A stretch of DNA of 64,000 bases from Octopus vulgaris (taxonomy: Eukaryota): contig OX597828.1 in the NCBI GenBank assembly GCA_951406725.2, positions 48,174,001 to 48,238,000 on the forward strand, given 5' to 3'. The translations under genes and the position numbers were made by a program. Below are positions 25,957 through 40,548 of the stretch, piece by piece. The stretch's first letter is position 1; each line of letters begins with the position of its first letter. Under the pieces are notes generated by a model. The model saw only the letters and a list, made by a program, of their open reading frames with translations, had not been told where the DNA came from and did not search any database.

Positions 25957-26173
25957 TGAAGGGGTCCTGAAAAGTTCCTGGCCTTAAGGGTATTGCGAAA
26001 GGCCTGGTTGGTGGACCAACCTTCCAAGTTCTTTTACAAGTCTTAGACTGTTGAAGGACCACTGCAGTAAGCGTGTGACTCTGCGAGGGGAATATGTCGA
26101 ATAAAATCATAATTAACTGATCCTCCTGTATTTTCTTGTACTCAAAAGCTAGGACCTTTTCCGCACACCCTCA
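25957..26173 (+). mobile_element. Internally deleted mariner (MITE)
   Basis: TA-flanked TIRs TGAAGGGGTCCTGAAAAGTTCCTGGC / GCTAGGACCTTTTCCGCACACCCTCA; internal DHCSKRVTLRGEYVE* matches the mariner transposase C-terminus. Confidence 0.85.
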
Positions 26174-26226
26174 TACTAGACTTGGTAGCAAGCAATGAGT
26201 AAAGGAATGACAGAGAGAGAGAGAGT

Positions 26227-26614
26227 AATGGAATGGAAGCACTCCGTCGGTTACGACGATGAGGGTTCCGGTTGATCCGAATCAACGGAACAGCCTGCTC
26301 GTGAAATTAACGTGTAAGTGGCTGAGCACTCCACAGACACGTGCACCCTTAACGTAGTTCTCGGGGATATTCAGCGTGACACAGAGAGTGACAAGGCTGG
26401 CCCCTTGAAATACAGGTACAACAGAAACAGGAAGTAAGAGTGAGAGAAAGTTGTAGTGAAAGAGTACAGCAGGGATCACCACCATCCGCTGCCGGAGCCT
26501 CGTGGAGCTTTTAGGTGTTTTCGCTCAAACACTCACAACGCCCGGTCTGGGAATCGAAACCGTGATCCTATGACTGCGATTCCGCTGCCCTAACCACTGG
26601 GCCATTGCGCCTCC
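26227..26614 (-). mobile_element. Full-length young tRNA-derived SINE (second family) with 8-bp TSD
   Basis: Head GGAGGCGCAATGGCCCAGTGGTTAGGGC...GGTTTCGATTCCC; (TTCCA)n tail; GAGAGAGT at 26219-26226 and 26615-26622; CpGs retained. Confidence 0.93.
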
Positions 26615-26919
26615 GAGAGAGTGTAAGAATCATATAGACATAAAAGGAGGAAGAGGTAAGGGAGGGGATAAGGCAAAAGGCCTGAAATATTGGGGGAGGG
26701 ATCTAGTCAATTACATTGACATTGGTGCTCAACTGGTTCTTATTTTAGTGACCCTGAAAGGATAAAACGCAAGGCTGATCTAGGTGGACTACGTTTCATC
26801 ATAATTTTGTTTAATTTCAATTGATATGAGAATATGCAACAGCAGTATCAAAGGAAAGCCACTGTGTAAGGTATTCAACCTGTTAGATATAACAAGCTGA
26901 ATTTCCTTAAATTAGGGAA

Positions 26920-27184
26920 ATAACCCTTTAGCATATAAACTAGTCATATCACGCCCAAATATTCCACCTGTTTTATAGTTCAAATCAATCAGGTCTGACA
27001 AGTCACACCTCCTCTGCAATGTGATTCTACAGAGAAAAAAAAAAAAAAAAGAAAAAGAAAAGAAAAAAAGACCAATCACACCATTAAAATCTCAAAGTCA
27101 CAAGATAATGCCTGATTAATTCAAAACAATGTGGAATAAATAAGCATTTCGTTTAACAGAATAATCTGAATGCTAAAGGGTTAA
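26920..27184. mobile_element. piggyBac-type MITE
   Basis: TAACCCTTTAGCAT...ATGCTAAAGGGTTAA; further copies at ~3230-3460 and 19625-19848. Confidence 0.8.
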
Positions 27185-28458
27185 CACATTTGCCACCATA
27201 TTTCTGTTGAAATCCATTGCCTCTCAAAACCAACAAAGAATTTAATAAAAATAACTGTCATTATCAAGCTGATGCATGAAACAAATTACTGGCTCCTGCA
27301 GACTACGAGCTGCGTCATTCCTCACTCAGCTGACAGCTGTATCATCTTTACTACCCCTGCTGTTCTCCCCCCCCCCCTGCCAACCACACTCTCTTCTGAA
27401 TCCCTCTTATCTTTCCCAATACATGGCTCCCTGCTCACCCACCCTTCAACCATATCCATTCTTGCAGTCTGCTTTCTCCGCCCCCAGTTCACTTTGCCTA
27501 CAATCTTGCATTGGGCCTCATGGGGTCATCTTAGCGCTTCATCACCTTGATCTATCTCTTGTAACTCCTACTTTTTATTTCCCCTTTCCCTCTCCTTCCT
27601 CTGTGTGAAGGTACATGGTTCAGTGGTGAGAGTGTCGGGCTCACAATCATGAGGTAGTGAGTTCGATTCATGGAACAGGCTGTGTGTTGTGTTCTTGAGC
27701 AAGACACTTTACTTCACATTACTCCAGTTCACTGAACTGTTGAAATGAGTTGTGACATCACTAGTACCAAGCTGTATCAGCCTTTGCCTTCCCTTGGGTA
27801 ACATTGGTGGTACGGAGAGGGGAGGCTGGTATGCATGGGTAACTGCTGGTCTTTCATAAACAAATTTGCCTGGACTTGTGCCTTGGAGGGGAACTTTCTA
27901 GATGCAATCTCATGGTCATTCATGACCAACAGGGATCTTTACCCTTTCCCCCAACTAGATATTAGTAACCACACAGGTCCTCTACAAAAACCTGTACTAC
28001 CACACCTCCTCATAGATCATTCCCTTGTCCACTGGCATGAAACTGACCCCACCCCACAGGATTTGTAGTTCTGCGAACTATATCGCAACCTCAATAGTTA
28101 GGTGGTATGAAAAAAAGCACCCAGTCCATGCTGTAAAGTAGTTGATATTAGGAAGGGCATCTAACCATAAATAGGAGACCAAAACAGGCATTGGAGCACA
28201 GTGCAGTCCTTGGACACATTGGATCCTGTCAAACTGTCCAGCCCATGCCAGCATAGAATACGGATGTCTGATGATGATGATGATTTATATATTTTTTTGT
28301 GAAAATGTTCTGAATGAAACAACACAAAAATAATCACTGCAGAGTTAATGATGATAATAAAAGTGATGATGATGTTAACTACTCTGTTGATAATAATCAA
28401 AGCAATGATGAACATGGCTATAAGAAATTTAGAACTGTTTTGTATATGTTTATACATA

Positions 28459-28501
<43 letters not shown>

Positions 28502-28504
28502 GTG

Positions 28505-28535
<31 letters not shown>

Positions 28536-29467
28536 GTGTATATATATATATATGTATATATATATGTGTATATATGTATGTATATATATATGTGTGTATA
28601 TGTATGTATATATATATGTGTGTATATGTATGTATATATATGTGTATATATATGTATATATATGTGTATATATATGTGTGTATATATATGTGTGTGTATA
28701 TATATATGTATATATATGTGTATATATATGTATATATGTGTGTGTGTGTGTATATATATATATATGCATGTGTGTGTGTGTGTATGTGTAGATATGAATA
28801 AATAACCAAACTTGCTTGATAACTGCTGATTAATTACTCAGACATTCCAAATCTGTGTAATTCTTCATTTTAATTAGTATCATATCATTATTAAATCAGT
28901 CTTGTACACAGACAGACAGACAGGCTCTAATGCTATAGAATTTCAAGCATGATTTCCATGTTATTTCCCATCGTTTTAAAAAGCTTTAAGCTGTCTATTA
29001 GGAGACCACTGTTGTTGTTTAACTATAGCCAAGACCTAATATAACAGGCATCATCAACCATCTTTCCACCATGACCATCACACCTTTCTATGGATACCAG
29101 GAAACTACTGTAATTAAGATGGGAAGGTGTGATTCAAGAGTGATTTGATTAATGTATTCAGCAGAAGGAGTGACTGAGTAGAGATTCCTTGTTCAGCCAG
29201 TAAATCACAGGCTGGTTGCTATAGCTGTTTAACCCCAGGTCAACCTCGATCCAGCAGACCTATGATCGCAAACGTTCCTTCTATAACCATTCCATCTTTT
29301 ACTTATGCAGACCTAGGTGCTGGTGTGATTGAGAAGCTTCCTTCCCAACCATGTGGTTTTGGGTTCAGTTCCACCCTGCAGCAATTTGGGTGATTAAAGT
29401 CTCGCAAAGTGGATTTGGTAGATGGAAACCAAAAGAAGCCTTGCATGCATATATATATATATATATA

Positions 29468-29755
29468 TGTTCTGTTAAGATCATAGTAGAGTACAGTATG
29501 AAGCTTGTCCATCTTTAGATTTACCCTGTGCTCTCCAGTAGTAGTATTACACGTACTTTCAGGTTTGCATTTGGGCAGCTGTTGTGTGCGAATATATAAT
29601 TGAAAACATTGGAACCAACAAGAAGGGGTACAACTGGATACTTGATTATACAACTGTTTCCCTGCATTATGAGGTCTAGTTGTGTTTCCTCAGGCGATAT
29701 ATAAATATTGTCCCTGTAACCCCTTCTTGTTGACTCCAAGTTTTTCAATTATATA
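29468..29755. mobile_element. TA-flanked insertion with ~40-bp inverted repeat (PLE-like architecture)
   Basis: 29593-29632 is the reverse complement of 29715-29755; CTGAGGA...GAAACAGTTGTA lies on the minus strand between them. Confidence 0.55.
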
Positions 29756-31131
29756 TATATATAATGCTTTGGCAAGGTTTCTACAACTGGATGTTAGACT
29801 GTTTCAGGCTAACACTCACCAGATCCAAAATCTCATACCTACCCTACAATGTCATTCTAAAAATATACAAACTTTTGAAATCTTAACAGTTGAAAATTCA
29901 AATTTTAAAAGAACTCCAAAAATTTGTGAACTTACAAGCTTTTCATTTAAACCGAATTTAAAGTGATTCCATATTGGTAGGACACCAATGAACACTATAT
30001 CATTATTGCTCTCTTTAGTTTTGGGCTGCAGGCCCAATCAACCCTCTACAGGAGCTAGCTTAAAAAGTGTGGAGTGTGGCTTTTAAGCTAGTTATAAATA
30101 AAAGGGAATGGAGTTACAAGTTTCTTGTCACAATAGTAGTATGTAACTGAAGCAATTTGGGAGCCTCTGTACCCTGATTCCTAACCTGGAACCCACAGAT
30201 CTCTAGGGTGTGCACAAAGACAGGGGGCTGTAAGCTGAATTCAAAATTTGTTGAATGGACAAATCTTTCAAGACCTTGTTGGAGTTGGTCTTTCAGGAAA
30301 ATTAATTTCAGTGGGAGGCATTATCATCATAATCATTTAACATCTGTGTTCCATGCTGGCATGGGTTGGACAGTTTGACATGATCCAACTAACCTGAGGG
30401 CTATGCTGGTATCCATTGTCTACTTTGGCAAGATTTCTATAACTCGATGCTCTCCCTAATGCCTAGGTTGCTTTTTTCATGGCACCACCACTATGAGTGG
30501 GGTCACCAAGTAACTCACAAGACCCCTTCCTGGACTGGGTGGGTGGCATACTGTATCGAGGGGACTAACTTTGCACAAGGGTAGAAAGGCTTATGTAGGA
30601 AAGAGAGACAAAAAAAGTGCTTTGAGGAGATACAGGGCCCTTGGTAGTGAAATGGTTAGAGACCATTGATCTATGTTGTCACTTGCTAGAAATAGCAGCG
30701 AAACAGCTTCGAAATTGCATCCTACTATTTAAAAATTGAACACATTGGATAAAGTAGTTCTAGAAATATTATGTCTGGTAAAAAAAAAAAAAGAAAAAGA
30801 TGGAACAGTCATGGGTAGAATGTCTTGCCAAATGAAACATGATCAATGTTAAATTATACTAACTCAAAGTCAACTGATGTTGTAAGCTTATTTACTTCAC
30901 TTCACTGCACTTTTTGCATCTCAAGTAACAAGAGTAATTAGTTGCTAATGAGCTTTTAGCAGCCTTGGTTACTTTTGGTATTATGAACAGACATTGAGTG
31001 AGAATTGTGTGTGTGCTGCAAGATATTGTACAGTCAGAGACATACAGAAACTCTATGAACAGACATAAAATAGTGTTGTAAGAGGAACATACATTTGTCT
31101 GTCTGTATCTCTCTTTTATTTATATATATAT

Positions 31132-31333
31132 TCTTTTACTCTTTTACTTGTTTCAGTCATTTGACTGCGGCCATGCTGGAGCACCGCCTTTAATCGAGCA
31201 ACTCGACCCCGGGACTTATTCTTTTGTAAGCCCAGTACTTATTCTATCGCCGAACTGCTAAGTAATGGGGACATAAACACACCAGCATCGGTTGTCAAGC
31301 AATGCTAGGGGGACAAACACAGATGCACAAACA

Positions 31334-31375
<42 letters not shown>

Positions 31376-31548
31376 CACATATATACGACGGGCTTCTTTC
31401 AGTTTCCGTCTACCAAATCCACTCACAAGGCTTTGGTCGGCCCGAGACTATAGTAGAAGATACTTGCCCAAGATGCCACGCAGTGGGACTGAACCCGGAA
31501 CCATGTGGTTGGTAAACAAGCTACTTACCACACAGCCGCTCCTGCGCC
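31132..31548 (-). mobile_element. Full-length young CORE-like SINE
   Basis: Reverse complement of 33076-33471 with CpGs intact; a second, older copy follows at ~31565-31945. Confidence 0.93.
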
Positions 31549-31995
31549 TATACATATATATAATCTTTTATTCTTTTATTTGCTTTAGACATTTGACTGT
31601 GGCCATGCATGCTGGGGCACCACCTTTAGACAAGCAAACTGACCCCAGGACTTATTCTTTATAAGCCTAGTACTTATTCTATCGTCTCTTTTGCTGAACC
31701 GCTAAGTTACAGGGACGTAAACACACCAACATTGGTTGTCAAGCGATGGTGGGGGACAAACACAGACACAAATACACACATATATACAATGGGCTTCTTT
31801 CAGTTTCTGTCTGCCAAATCCACTCACAAGGCTTTGGTTGGCCTGAGGTTATAGTAGAAGACACTTGGCCAAGGTGTCATGCAGTGGGACTGAAACTGGA
31901 ACCATGCAGTTAGTAAGCAAGTTACTTACCATACAGCCACACCTGCTAGCATGGAAAGTGGACGTTAAACGATGATGATGATATATGTGTGTGTG

Positions 31996-32032
<37 letters not shown>

Positions 32033-32045
32033 GTATATCTATGTA

Positions 32046-32298
32046 TATCCGTGCTGGTGGTATGTAAAAAGCACCATCCGACTGTGGCCGTTTGCCATCC
32101 CCGTTTGGCACCTGTGCCGGTGGCACGTAAAAAGCACCCACTACACTCACGGAGTGGTTGGCGTTAGGAAGGGCATCCAGCCGTAGAAACATTGCCAGAT
32201 CAGACCGGGCCTGGTGCAGCCTTCTGGCTTCCCAGACCCCATTTGTACCGTCCAACCCATGCTAGCATGGAAAGCAGACGCTAAATGATGATGATGAT
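32046..32298 (+). mobile_element. RTE 3' UTR copy
   Basis: GGTGGCACGTAAAAAGCACCC...GGAAGGGCATCCAGCCGTAG...CCATGCTAGCATGG...(GAT)n. Confidence 0.88.
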
Positions 32299-32303
32299 AT
32301 GTA

Positions 32304-32360
<57 letters not shown>

Positions 32361-32433
32361 GGGTGTGTGTATATATATATACATATACGTATGTATGTAT
32401 ATTTATTATATATACATACACATCTACATATAT

Positions 32434-32478
<45 letters not shown>

Positions 32479-33075
32479 TATATATGCACACACATACATA
32501 TATATATACGAGAGAGAGAAAGAGAGGGAAGTTAGGAGAGTGTTGCCCAACAACAGTCCTGAATCTAGTTACTAAGGTTATCAACTCCATTAATAAAATA
32601 CACCAGTTGAAACAAGTGGGAGAGATAAAGTGATTAGTTAAGAAAAGCCGTAGCTGTCGAGCCCAGCTCAAATGTACTGCACTGTTGTTGAAAGAAGATC
32701 CTGATAAATGGCTTTTATCTAAGTACTGTTTGTACTAAAGTACTTTTAGTGCACTGAAGACGACGGAAGAGTTTCGTTGCAATAGAAAGAAGAACTACAG
32801 TAAATTTTCCTCTCTCGTGAGAAATTAGATTATAGCATAAGTATTGGAAATACACAAGCAATTCAAAACAGTGAACTCAAAATTATTCTAATTTAGAATC
32901 AATATATGAATTTCAAGATTTGTGCAAGGTTGCAAGTTGTGAAAAATTACAGATTTTTTATACATGTAAAAGATGAAATATCAATTTTAATTCTAAAAAG
33001 TATAAAAAGCATTTTGCAGATCAGAATTTTTTTTCTTTCTATTCTTTCAGAGTGGTAGAAATAAAAGACAAGCAA

Positions 33076-33471
33076 GGCGCAGGAGTGGCTGTGTGGTAAG
33101 TAGCTTGCTTACCAACCACATGGTTCCGGGTTCAGTCTCACTGCGTGGCATCTTGGGCAAGTGTCTTCTGCTATAGCCCCGGGCCGACCAATGCCTTGTG
33201 AGTGGATTTGGTAGACGGAAACTGAAAGAAGCCTGTCGTATATATGTATATATATATATATAAGTGTGAGAGTATATGTTTGTCCCCCTAGCATTGCTTG
33301 ACAACCGACGCTGGTGTGTTTACGTCCCCGTCACTTAGCGGTTCGGCAAAAGAGACCGATAGAATAAGTACTGGGCTTACAAAGAATAAGTCCCGGGGTC
33401 GATTTGCTCGACTAAAGGTGGTGCTCCAGCATGGCCGCAGTCAAATGACTGAAACAAGTAAAAGAGTAAAG
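33076..33471 (+). mobile_element. Full-length CORE-like tRNA-derived SINE
   Basis: A-box TGGCTGTGTGG, B-box-like GGTTCAGTCTC, CORE-like CTTGGGCAAGTGTCTT, central TA/TG tract, GTAAAAGA tail. More than 15 copies or fragments in the window (e.g. 14745, 23988, 35735, 37600, 38220, 47515, 50555). Confidence 0.93.
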
Positions 33472-34044
33472 TTAAATATTGTAATCATCATCATCTTATG
33501 CTGATTGGATGATTCAACAGGATCCATTGGGTTGGAGGACTTCTACTCGCTCCAATGTCAGCTTTGGTATGGTTTCTATGGCTGGATGCCTTTTCTAACA
33601 CCAACTGCTTTACAAAGTGTGCTGGGTACTATTTTTTTTTCCCTTAGCACTAGAACTACAGCGGTTGCCACCTTTTGGGCTTGATAAAACAAAGCAACAG
33701 TCAAGTATTGGGGTCACCTCCCACCAAATTTCAGATCTTGTGCCTGTATTAGGAACAATCATGATACTGATAATGATGAGGAGCAGACAGAAACATAATC
33801 TGGAAAACAAATAGGAGTTACCATAGCAAGGTTCCAGCAATGGTGGTAAAATGGTAGTGTAGATAGAGATAAAAAAACCTCAGAGACAACCCTGGAGAAA
33901 ATGGAAGAAATGGGGGTTGATAAAGAAACAACATTAGGTAGCAAAAAGTAAGCTGTACATCAGGCATACTCAGCAAAGAAAGAAACTGAAAGTGAGAGGT
34001 TTTCCATTGTTCTGTAATGTGAGGAAGTATTCTAGATTACTAAG

Positions 34045-34399
34045 CCATCTGATCGTGGCCGTGCCAGCCCCGCCTGGCCTCCGTTCCAGTGGCACGTAAA
34101 AAACACCATCCGAGCATTGCCGTTCGCCAGCCTCGTCTGGCACCTGTGTCGGTGGCACATAAAAAACACCATCCGACCGTGGCCGTTCGCCAGCCTCGTC
34201 TGGCACCTGTGTCGGTGGCACATAAAAAGCACCCACTACACTCACGGAGTGGTTGGCATTAGGAAGGGCATCCAGCTGTAGAAACACTGCCAGATCTGAC
34301 TGGCCTGGTGCAGCCTTCGGGTTTCCCAGACCCCAGTTGAACCGTCCAACCCATGCTAGCATGGAAAGCGGACGTTAAACGTTGATGATGATGATGATG
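34045..34399 (+). mobile_element. Young RTE 3' UTR copy with 63-bp tandem units
   Basis: GGCAC(G/A)TAAAAA(A/G)CACC recurs every 63 nt from 34091; (GAT)n tail. Confidence 0.9.
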
Positions 34400-34592
34400 T
34401 ATTAGAGTGACTAAAGATGTTGGTGAATAGTGTACTGGCCCTCAGTGATTCCGAGGATAGATATGGTAATGTTCGTATGAGAGGTTGCTGAATGCATGGG
34501 AGAAAGAAAGTGGCTACCCAAGTAGTCTCAACGCATGGGTTAGCAGCTGCAATTGACAGCTACACAGTTGAAATCCCTTGTTAACATTTCTT

Positions 34593-34797
34593 TTAACCCC
34601 TTAGCATTCAGATTACTATCAAATGTAATGCTTATCTATTCACAGTATCTCATAGCTTTGAGATTTCAATGATGTGATCGTTTGTTTTTAGAATGACATT
34701 GTAGATCAGATGTAAGAGGCCAGATCTGGCTGGTTTCCATATAAAACAGGTAAAATATTTGGGCCAGATACGGCCAGTTTAAATGCTAAAGGGTTAA
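34593..34797. mobile_element. piggyBac-type MITE
   Basis: TTAA-CCCCTTAGCATT...AATGCTAAAGGG-TTAA. Confidence 0.85.
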
Positions 34798-36141
34798 TGC
34801 TAATGTACATATTGTAAGGGTTGTTGTTGTTTTAGTCCCTTACCCAGACCAGTCCTGGTCCAGCAGACTCACAATCAAATGCATTCTAACAGAGACCATG
34901 CCAACTTTTTGCAATACATCCCAGTTTTAGAACAAGCTAGCCCTGATGAGGCAACTAAAAGGATTGGTGGCTGGAAGGGAATCTGGCCATCAAACACTGC
35001 CTCAGAAAAAAACCATCCAAACCATGCCAGCATGGAGAGGTAGATGTGGAACAATAATGATGATAGGGTTATCTAGGACTATATTATCCCATGTGTCCTT
35101 CCTTTATTAAAAGACAGTACAGAGATTTGGCTGTTGTTTACATGCTACAGAATTCTATGGAATGTCCAAACTTACAAAATCATTCCATCATGAGTTCACC
35201 CATAATTATTAAAAACAACAACATTGGCATCAAAACACCTCTAAAACAGAGCTCCACATTATTCATCAACTTGATTAAGTCGTTAAAGCAATTCTATCAT
35301 CAAGATTATTTCAAATTTATAAAGGTTTTTACAAAAATATAGATTATTTTATCTGGTTTAAAGTTTGAAATTGAATATCAATTTCCTCTCAAATTTTTAT
35401 TTTATTAAAATAATTTTTCTGCTCATTATTATTATTATTATTAAAGAAATCATTAACTAACCATGTTGCGATATTTTGTTTTTGTTTCTTTTTCTCTCAA
35501 TGGTGAAAAATTAATTAATTCATGATGAATATTAACGAAATTATTAATAATATTGATTGCTAGCGTAAAGACACAAAGCAAAATTTTGGAGAGAAGAGAC
35601 AGGAATGGGGTTAATTAATCTACATTTCAGTAGGTTACTGGTATGCGCTGATAAGTGGTCACTCAAGACATTAGAAATGGCAACCAAATTCCCCCAAATA
35701 ACACCCATCTTAAAAAAAAAAAAAAGATAGATATAGGTGCAGGTGTGACAAGATGTTTGCTTCTCAACCACATGGTTCCAGGTTCAGTCCCACTGAATGG
35801 CATCTTGGGCAAGTGTCTTCTACTATAGCCTTGGGCCAACCAAAGCCTTGTGAGTGGATTGTGTAAATAGAAACTGAAAGAAACCTGCTATATATATATA
35901 TATATCTTTTTACTATTAATGTATATCTCTTTTTGTATAATGCCTCTACTCATATGTAATGGTGTATTAAAGTATTGATTGGGTATCATCGGATAGTTGA
36001 TGTTTTATTGATTTAAGTATGTTTCTCCATTCTCTAATTTTGTAGTATATATATATATAAAATATTATTAGAGACAAAACCACTATTTTGCAAAACAAAC
36101 AAGGAAAGACTTAATCAATACATAAAATTTTAATAAATAGT

Positions 36142-36186
<45 letters not shown>

Positions 36187-39100
36187 TGTTGAACTGTTAA
36201 TCCTTATACATTTTTTCTCATTCTCTCTCCATTTTTTTCCTTCTCAATCCTTTCTGTCAAAGAGCATAGGCTTGAAATGTCAAAGACTTTTCCATTCTTC
36301 CTGAGTGTTAAACTAATACACCTGCTTGTTGTTCTCTCACCTGTCTTCGTCTTTTGTTTCAAATTTTGGCACAAGGCCAGCAGTTTTGAGGAATGGATTA
36401 AGTTGATTACACTGACCCCAAGACTCAACTGATACTTATTTTATTAGCCCCCAAATGGATGAAAGGTAAAGCTGACCCTAGCAGAATGTGAACTCAGAAC
36501 ACGAAGACAGATGAAATACCACTAAGCATTTTGCCCAGCATGCTAACGATTTTGCCAGTTTGCCATCTTAGAAAAATATGATAAAGATTACCAGTTTTTG
36601 AAAGCAATAGCTTCCAATAAGAAATGTCTCAAACTGTGGTGACCCACCCAACCTTTGCCAGTAAGAAAAAAGCAAATGTAAAATAACGAGGATGATGATG
36701 ATGATGATGGTGGTGAATACAAGCAGCAACACCACAGTCATATTTTGCACCTAAAGTCATTAACATATTTTATCCTTGATTTTTCTTTTTCTAAGCCCAA
36801 GTATAATGCTACCTCTTCCTTTTAGACACTGATGCTTTGTATTAAATTTCTTGCATTATACACAAGTAAATATGGTTATTCTCTCTGCTGGTATGGCTTT
36901 CTCATGTCTGGAATCCTAATGCATATCTCAAGTTTCTAAATCTTCCAGATACTTCTACACAGTCTATTTCATGGGGTCAAACCATACAGAGAGGCTACAT
37001 GGCTTCTTTTAAGGAAATGATTATACGTAATAAATAAACATGTGTATATAAATTTCAATATTTAACAGAGACATTTGAGACTCTAATGAGAAGCATTAGA
37101 AGAATTGTACAGACATGTTTGTTTGGGTGTGGCTATCAAGAGTTAACACAGCAGAGTAAGTTTGTACAATGAATATATATATAGGGGTGGCAACATATAC
37201 ACTTGGTGTACATTTCCTAAACAGCTACTGTTTTAGGACTGGCGTGTGTCAGTCACTGCACTGAAATGCGCACACAAACACACACACTGAAATAAATGTA
37301 CTAAATTTACATGTAAAAGATTACTTTTTTAAACACCCAATTTTCCATGCTTACAAGGGTCAAACGAGATTTGTTGGGGTAGATTTTCTACAGCTGGACG
37401 CCTTTCCTGTTGTTCAACCACCACATGTTTCCAAGTAAGGTAATATTTCCCCATGGTCAGACGTGTTTGACAGGAGACTGGAAATGAACGGCATTGCGTG
37501 TATGACAATGTTTATTTATAACTATCCCAACATGTGGTGTCAAAACAGGGGTGCACACACACAAACACACACACATATATATTCTTCTTGTTTCAATTAT
37601 TAAACTGTGGCTATGCTGGAGCACCACCTTGAAGAATTTTTAGTCAAATGAATTAACCCCAGTACTTTTTTTATTTTAAAGCTCAGTACTTATTCTATCA
37701 GACTCTTGTTGAACCACAAAGATACACATGTACACACATGCCTGTGATATATATATATTTATATACACACACACACACAAAACAGGCTTCTTTCAGTTTC
37801 CACCTACCAAATCCACTCACAAGGACACTTGCCCAAAGTACCACATTTGGAAATGATCCCAAAACTTCATGGTTGCAAAGCAAGCTTCTTGACCACACGG
37901 CCATGTGTATCATATTCTTTTATCCACCGAAGTAATACTTCACAAGTGCTGTTTGTAATTTGAAATCTCCTATGGAAACATATCTAAACTAGGGAAAATA
38001 TCACCTTGCTTAGAAATGGGGGAGATCTGGTGACAGGAGAACATACTGCTGTAGAATATGTGCCTTAACGAATCATTTCCATGTAAGCATGGAAAAGATG
38101 CTGAAACAATGATGATGGTGTTAATATTATATAGAGAGGTAAATAGTAACAAATACACTTTAATTTACATATGTTCACAAATAGAAAGACAGAAATATGT
38201 AAAAAGATATACATGTACAAGTATGGCTGTTTGGCTAAGAAGTTTGCTTTCCAATTTCGAGATTTGGGGTTCAGTCCACTGAGTGGCACCTTGGACAAGT
38301 GTCTTCTGCTATAGACTCAGGCCGAGCAAAGCCTTGTAAGTGGATTTGGGAGATGGAAACCAAAAGCAGTCCAATGTAAATATTTATCATCGTCATTCAG
38401 TGTCTGTTTTCCATGCTGGCATGGATTGGATGGTTTGACTGGAGCTGCTAAGGCCAGGACCCAGACCAGGCTCCATTACCTTATCTGGCATGGTTTCTAT
38501 GGTTGGATGCCCTACCTAATGTCAATCACCCCACAGAGTGTATTGGGTGCTTTTTATGTGGCACCAGTTCTGCTGTAATGGACGGGTCGTCTTGAGTGCA
38601 GCAAGGTACCAGATATCTCAGTCCTTTGTCATCTCCTTTGTAAGGCTCAGTGTCTTGAGATCATCCTTTATATGCTTCTGTGAGTGTGTGTGTATGTGTG
38701 TGTTTTTGTTTGTTCCTCAGTATCACTCGACAACAGGTGTAGGTGTGATTACATTCTTGTAACTTAGTGGCTTGGCAAAACAGATCGATAGAATAAGTAC
38801 CAAGCTTAAAAGGATAAAAAAAATATGAACTGGAGTTGATTCATTCAACTAAAATTCTGCAAGGCGGTGCCCCAGCATGGGTGCAGTCTAATGACTGAAA
38901 CAAATGAAAAGTAAAAAAAGTACAAATGTCACACACATAAGTACATAATCATTGAAATAAGCAGCCACTTATAAAGACACTTTGAGTCCCACTCCCACTC
39001 ATGGAACACATAAAAATATAAACACACACACACACACACATGCAGAACACACAGAAATGTCAACATATTAATTGAACAGACCCACATATGAAAATACATA

Positions 39101-39228
39101 TCACACACACTTTGATGTGAACAATTATATTTACATCAGGAACTAAGTCTGCAAGTTCAAACTGTGTCAAAGAACATGAGAGATATATGCAGACAAAAGT
39201 TACATACACAAGTACACACACACGCACA

Positions 39229-39262
<34 letters not shown>

Positions 39263-39409
39263 CATACATGTATATATATATTGCACATACACAGGGGTTG
39301 GACAAAATAATGGAAACACTTAGCATCACAGTATCATAATTTTGAAATATCTATAAAACCGTCAAAAGCTTGTTTATTTTTGTTTTTTGATTGATTATTA
39401 GTGTTACTT

Positions 39410-39492
39410 TTTTTTTACTCTTTTACTTGTTTCAGTCATTTGACTGCGGCCATGCTGGAGCACCGCCTTTAATCGAGCAACTCGACCCCGGG
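39410..39492 (-). mobile_element. 5'-truncated CORE-like SINE tail inserted in the Tc1
   Basis: TSD AGTGTT(A/G)CTT at 39400-39409 and 39493-39502; core sequence identical to ~31135-31213. Confidence 0.88.
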
Positions 39493-39571
39493 AGTGTTGC
39501 TTAATATGTTTTACTAAAATTGCTCTTTCTTTTCAGATATTGTCAGCAAAAGTTAATTAAAATTCACTAAA

Positions 39572-40548
39572 ATGACAGATCTATTGGACTTTCAAAGAGT
39601 CCAAATTGTTGGTGCTCATTTGGAAGGCGCAGCATAATGTAAACAGCTGAAATGTTTGGTGTAGCAAGAAGTACTGTCTCGAAAGTAATGACAGCCTTTG
39701 ATAAAGAGGGAAAAACCTCCTCGTCAAAACAAAACTCCGGAAGAAAACCAAAACTTTCAGATAGGGACTGTCGGACTCTTACGCAAATTGTTAGAAAGGA
39801 TCACAAAAGTACAGCTCCCAAAATTACTGCACCTCAAGAACCCAGTTTCCACAAAAACTGTTCACCAGGAGGGCTGCAATCAGAAAACTACTACTTTCAA
39901 AAACAAACGATGCAAAGTGTTTAGAGTGGAGTAAAGACCTACAGAATTATTCCCTAGAGCAGTGGAAGAATGTTATTTTCTTGGACAAGTAATCCTTTTT
40001 ATCTTATTTCTGACCACCAGCTGAGTATTCATGTAGAGACAGTCAAAAGAAGCATTTGACCCAGACTGCCTTCTTCCAACTGTTAAACAGAGGATCTGTG
40101 ATGATCTGGGAGGGCTATATCTTGGAAATCAGCCATCCCAATGGTTTCCTTTCATGGCAGAATTAACAGTCAAGACTATTTAAGCATTTTATCAGATGAA
40201 ATTCATCCTATAGTTGTGGAATTGTTTCTGGAGGGAAATGCAATCTTTCAGGATGATAATGCACCAATTCATACAACTAAAGTTGTTAGTGAATGGCACG
40301 AGGAACATTCTAATCTTATTTGGCCACCACAGTCCCCAGATCTCAATACCATTGAACATTTATGGCGCATTTTAGAAAAACGAGTAAGGAGTCAATATCC
40401 TCCACCATCATCACCACAAGAACTGGAGACTGTTTTAGCTGAAGAATGGACAAAAATTCCTTTGAAAACAATTCAAACTTTGTACGAGTCCATACCCTAT
40501 AGAATTCAAGCTGTAATTACTGCCAAAGGCAGTCCTACCCCATATTAA
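39572..40548 (+). pseudogene. Tc1 transposase pseudogene
   Basis: MTDLLDFQRVQIVGAH, HTH FGVARSTVSKV, GRKPKLSDRD, FQDDNAPIH and WPPQSPDLNTIEHLW; several stops and frameshifts. Confidence 0.93.

Noticed and set aside
25472-26110. 212-aa ORF as a host gene
   Set aside because: Chance read-through from the mariner MITE and GA-rich flank into a CR1 ORF2 remnant.
26540-26614. tRNA gene-like sequence (also at 33076 and 62163)
   Set aside because: These are SINE heads continuing into repeat bodies; no complete cloverleaf or pol III terminator.
32750-32795. CTGAAGA-hairpin-GCAA as a hammerhead
   Set aside because: GAAA is broken and stems I and III do not form.
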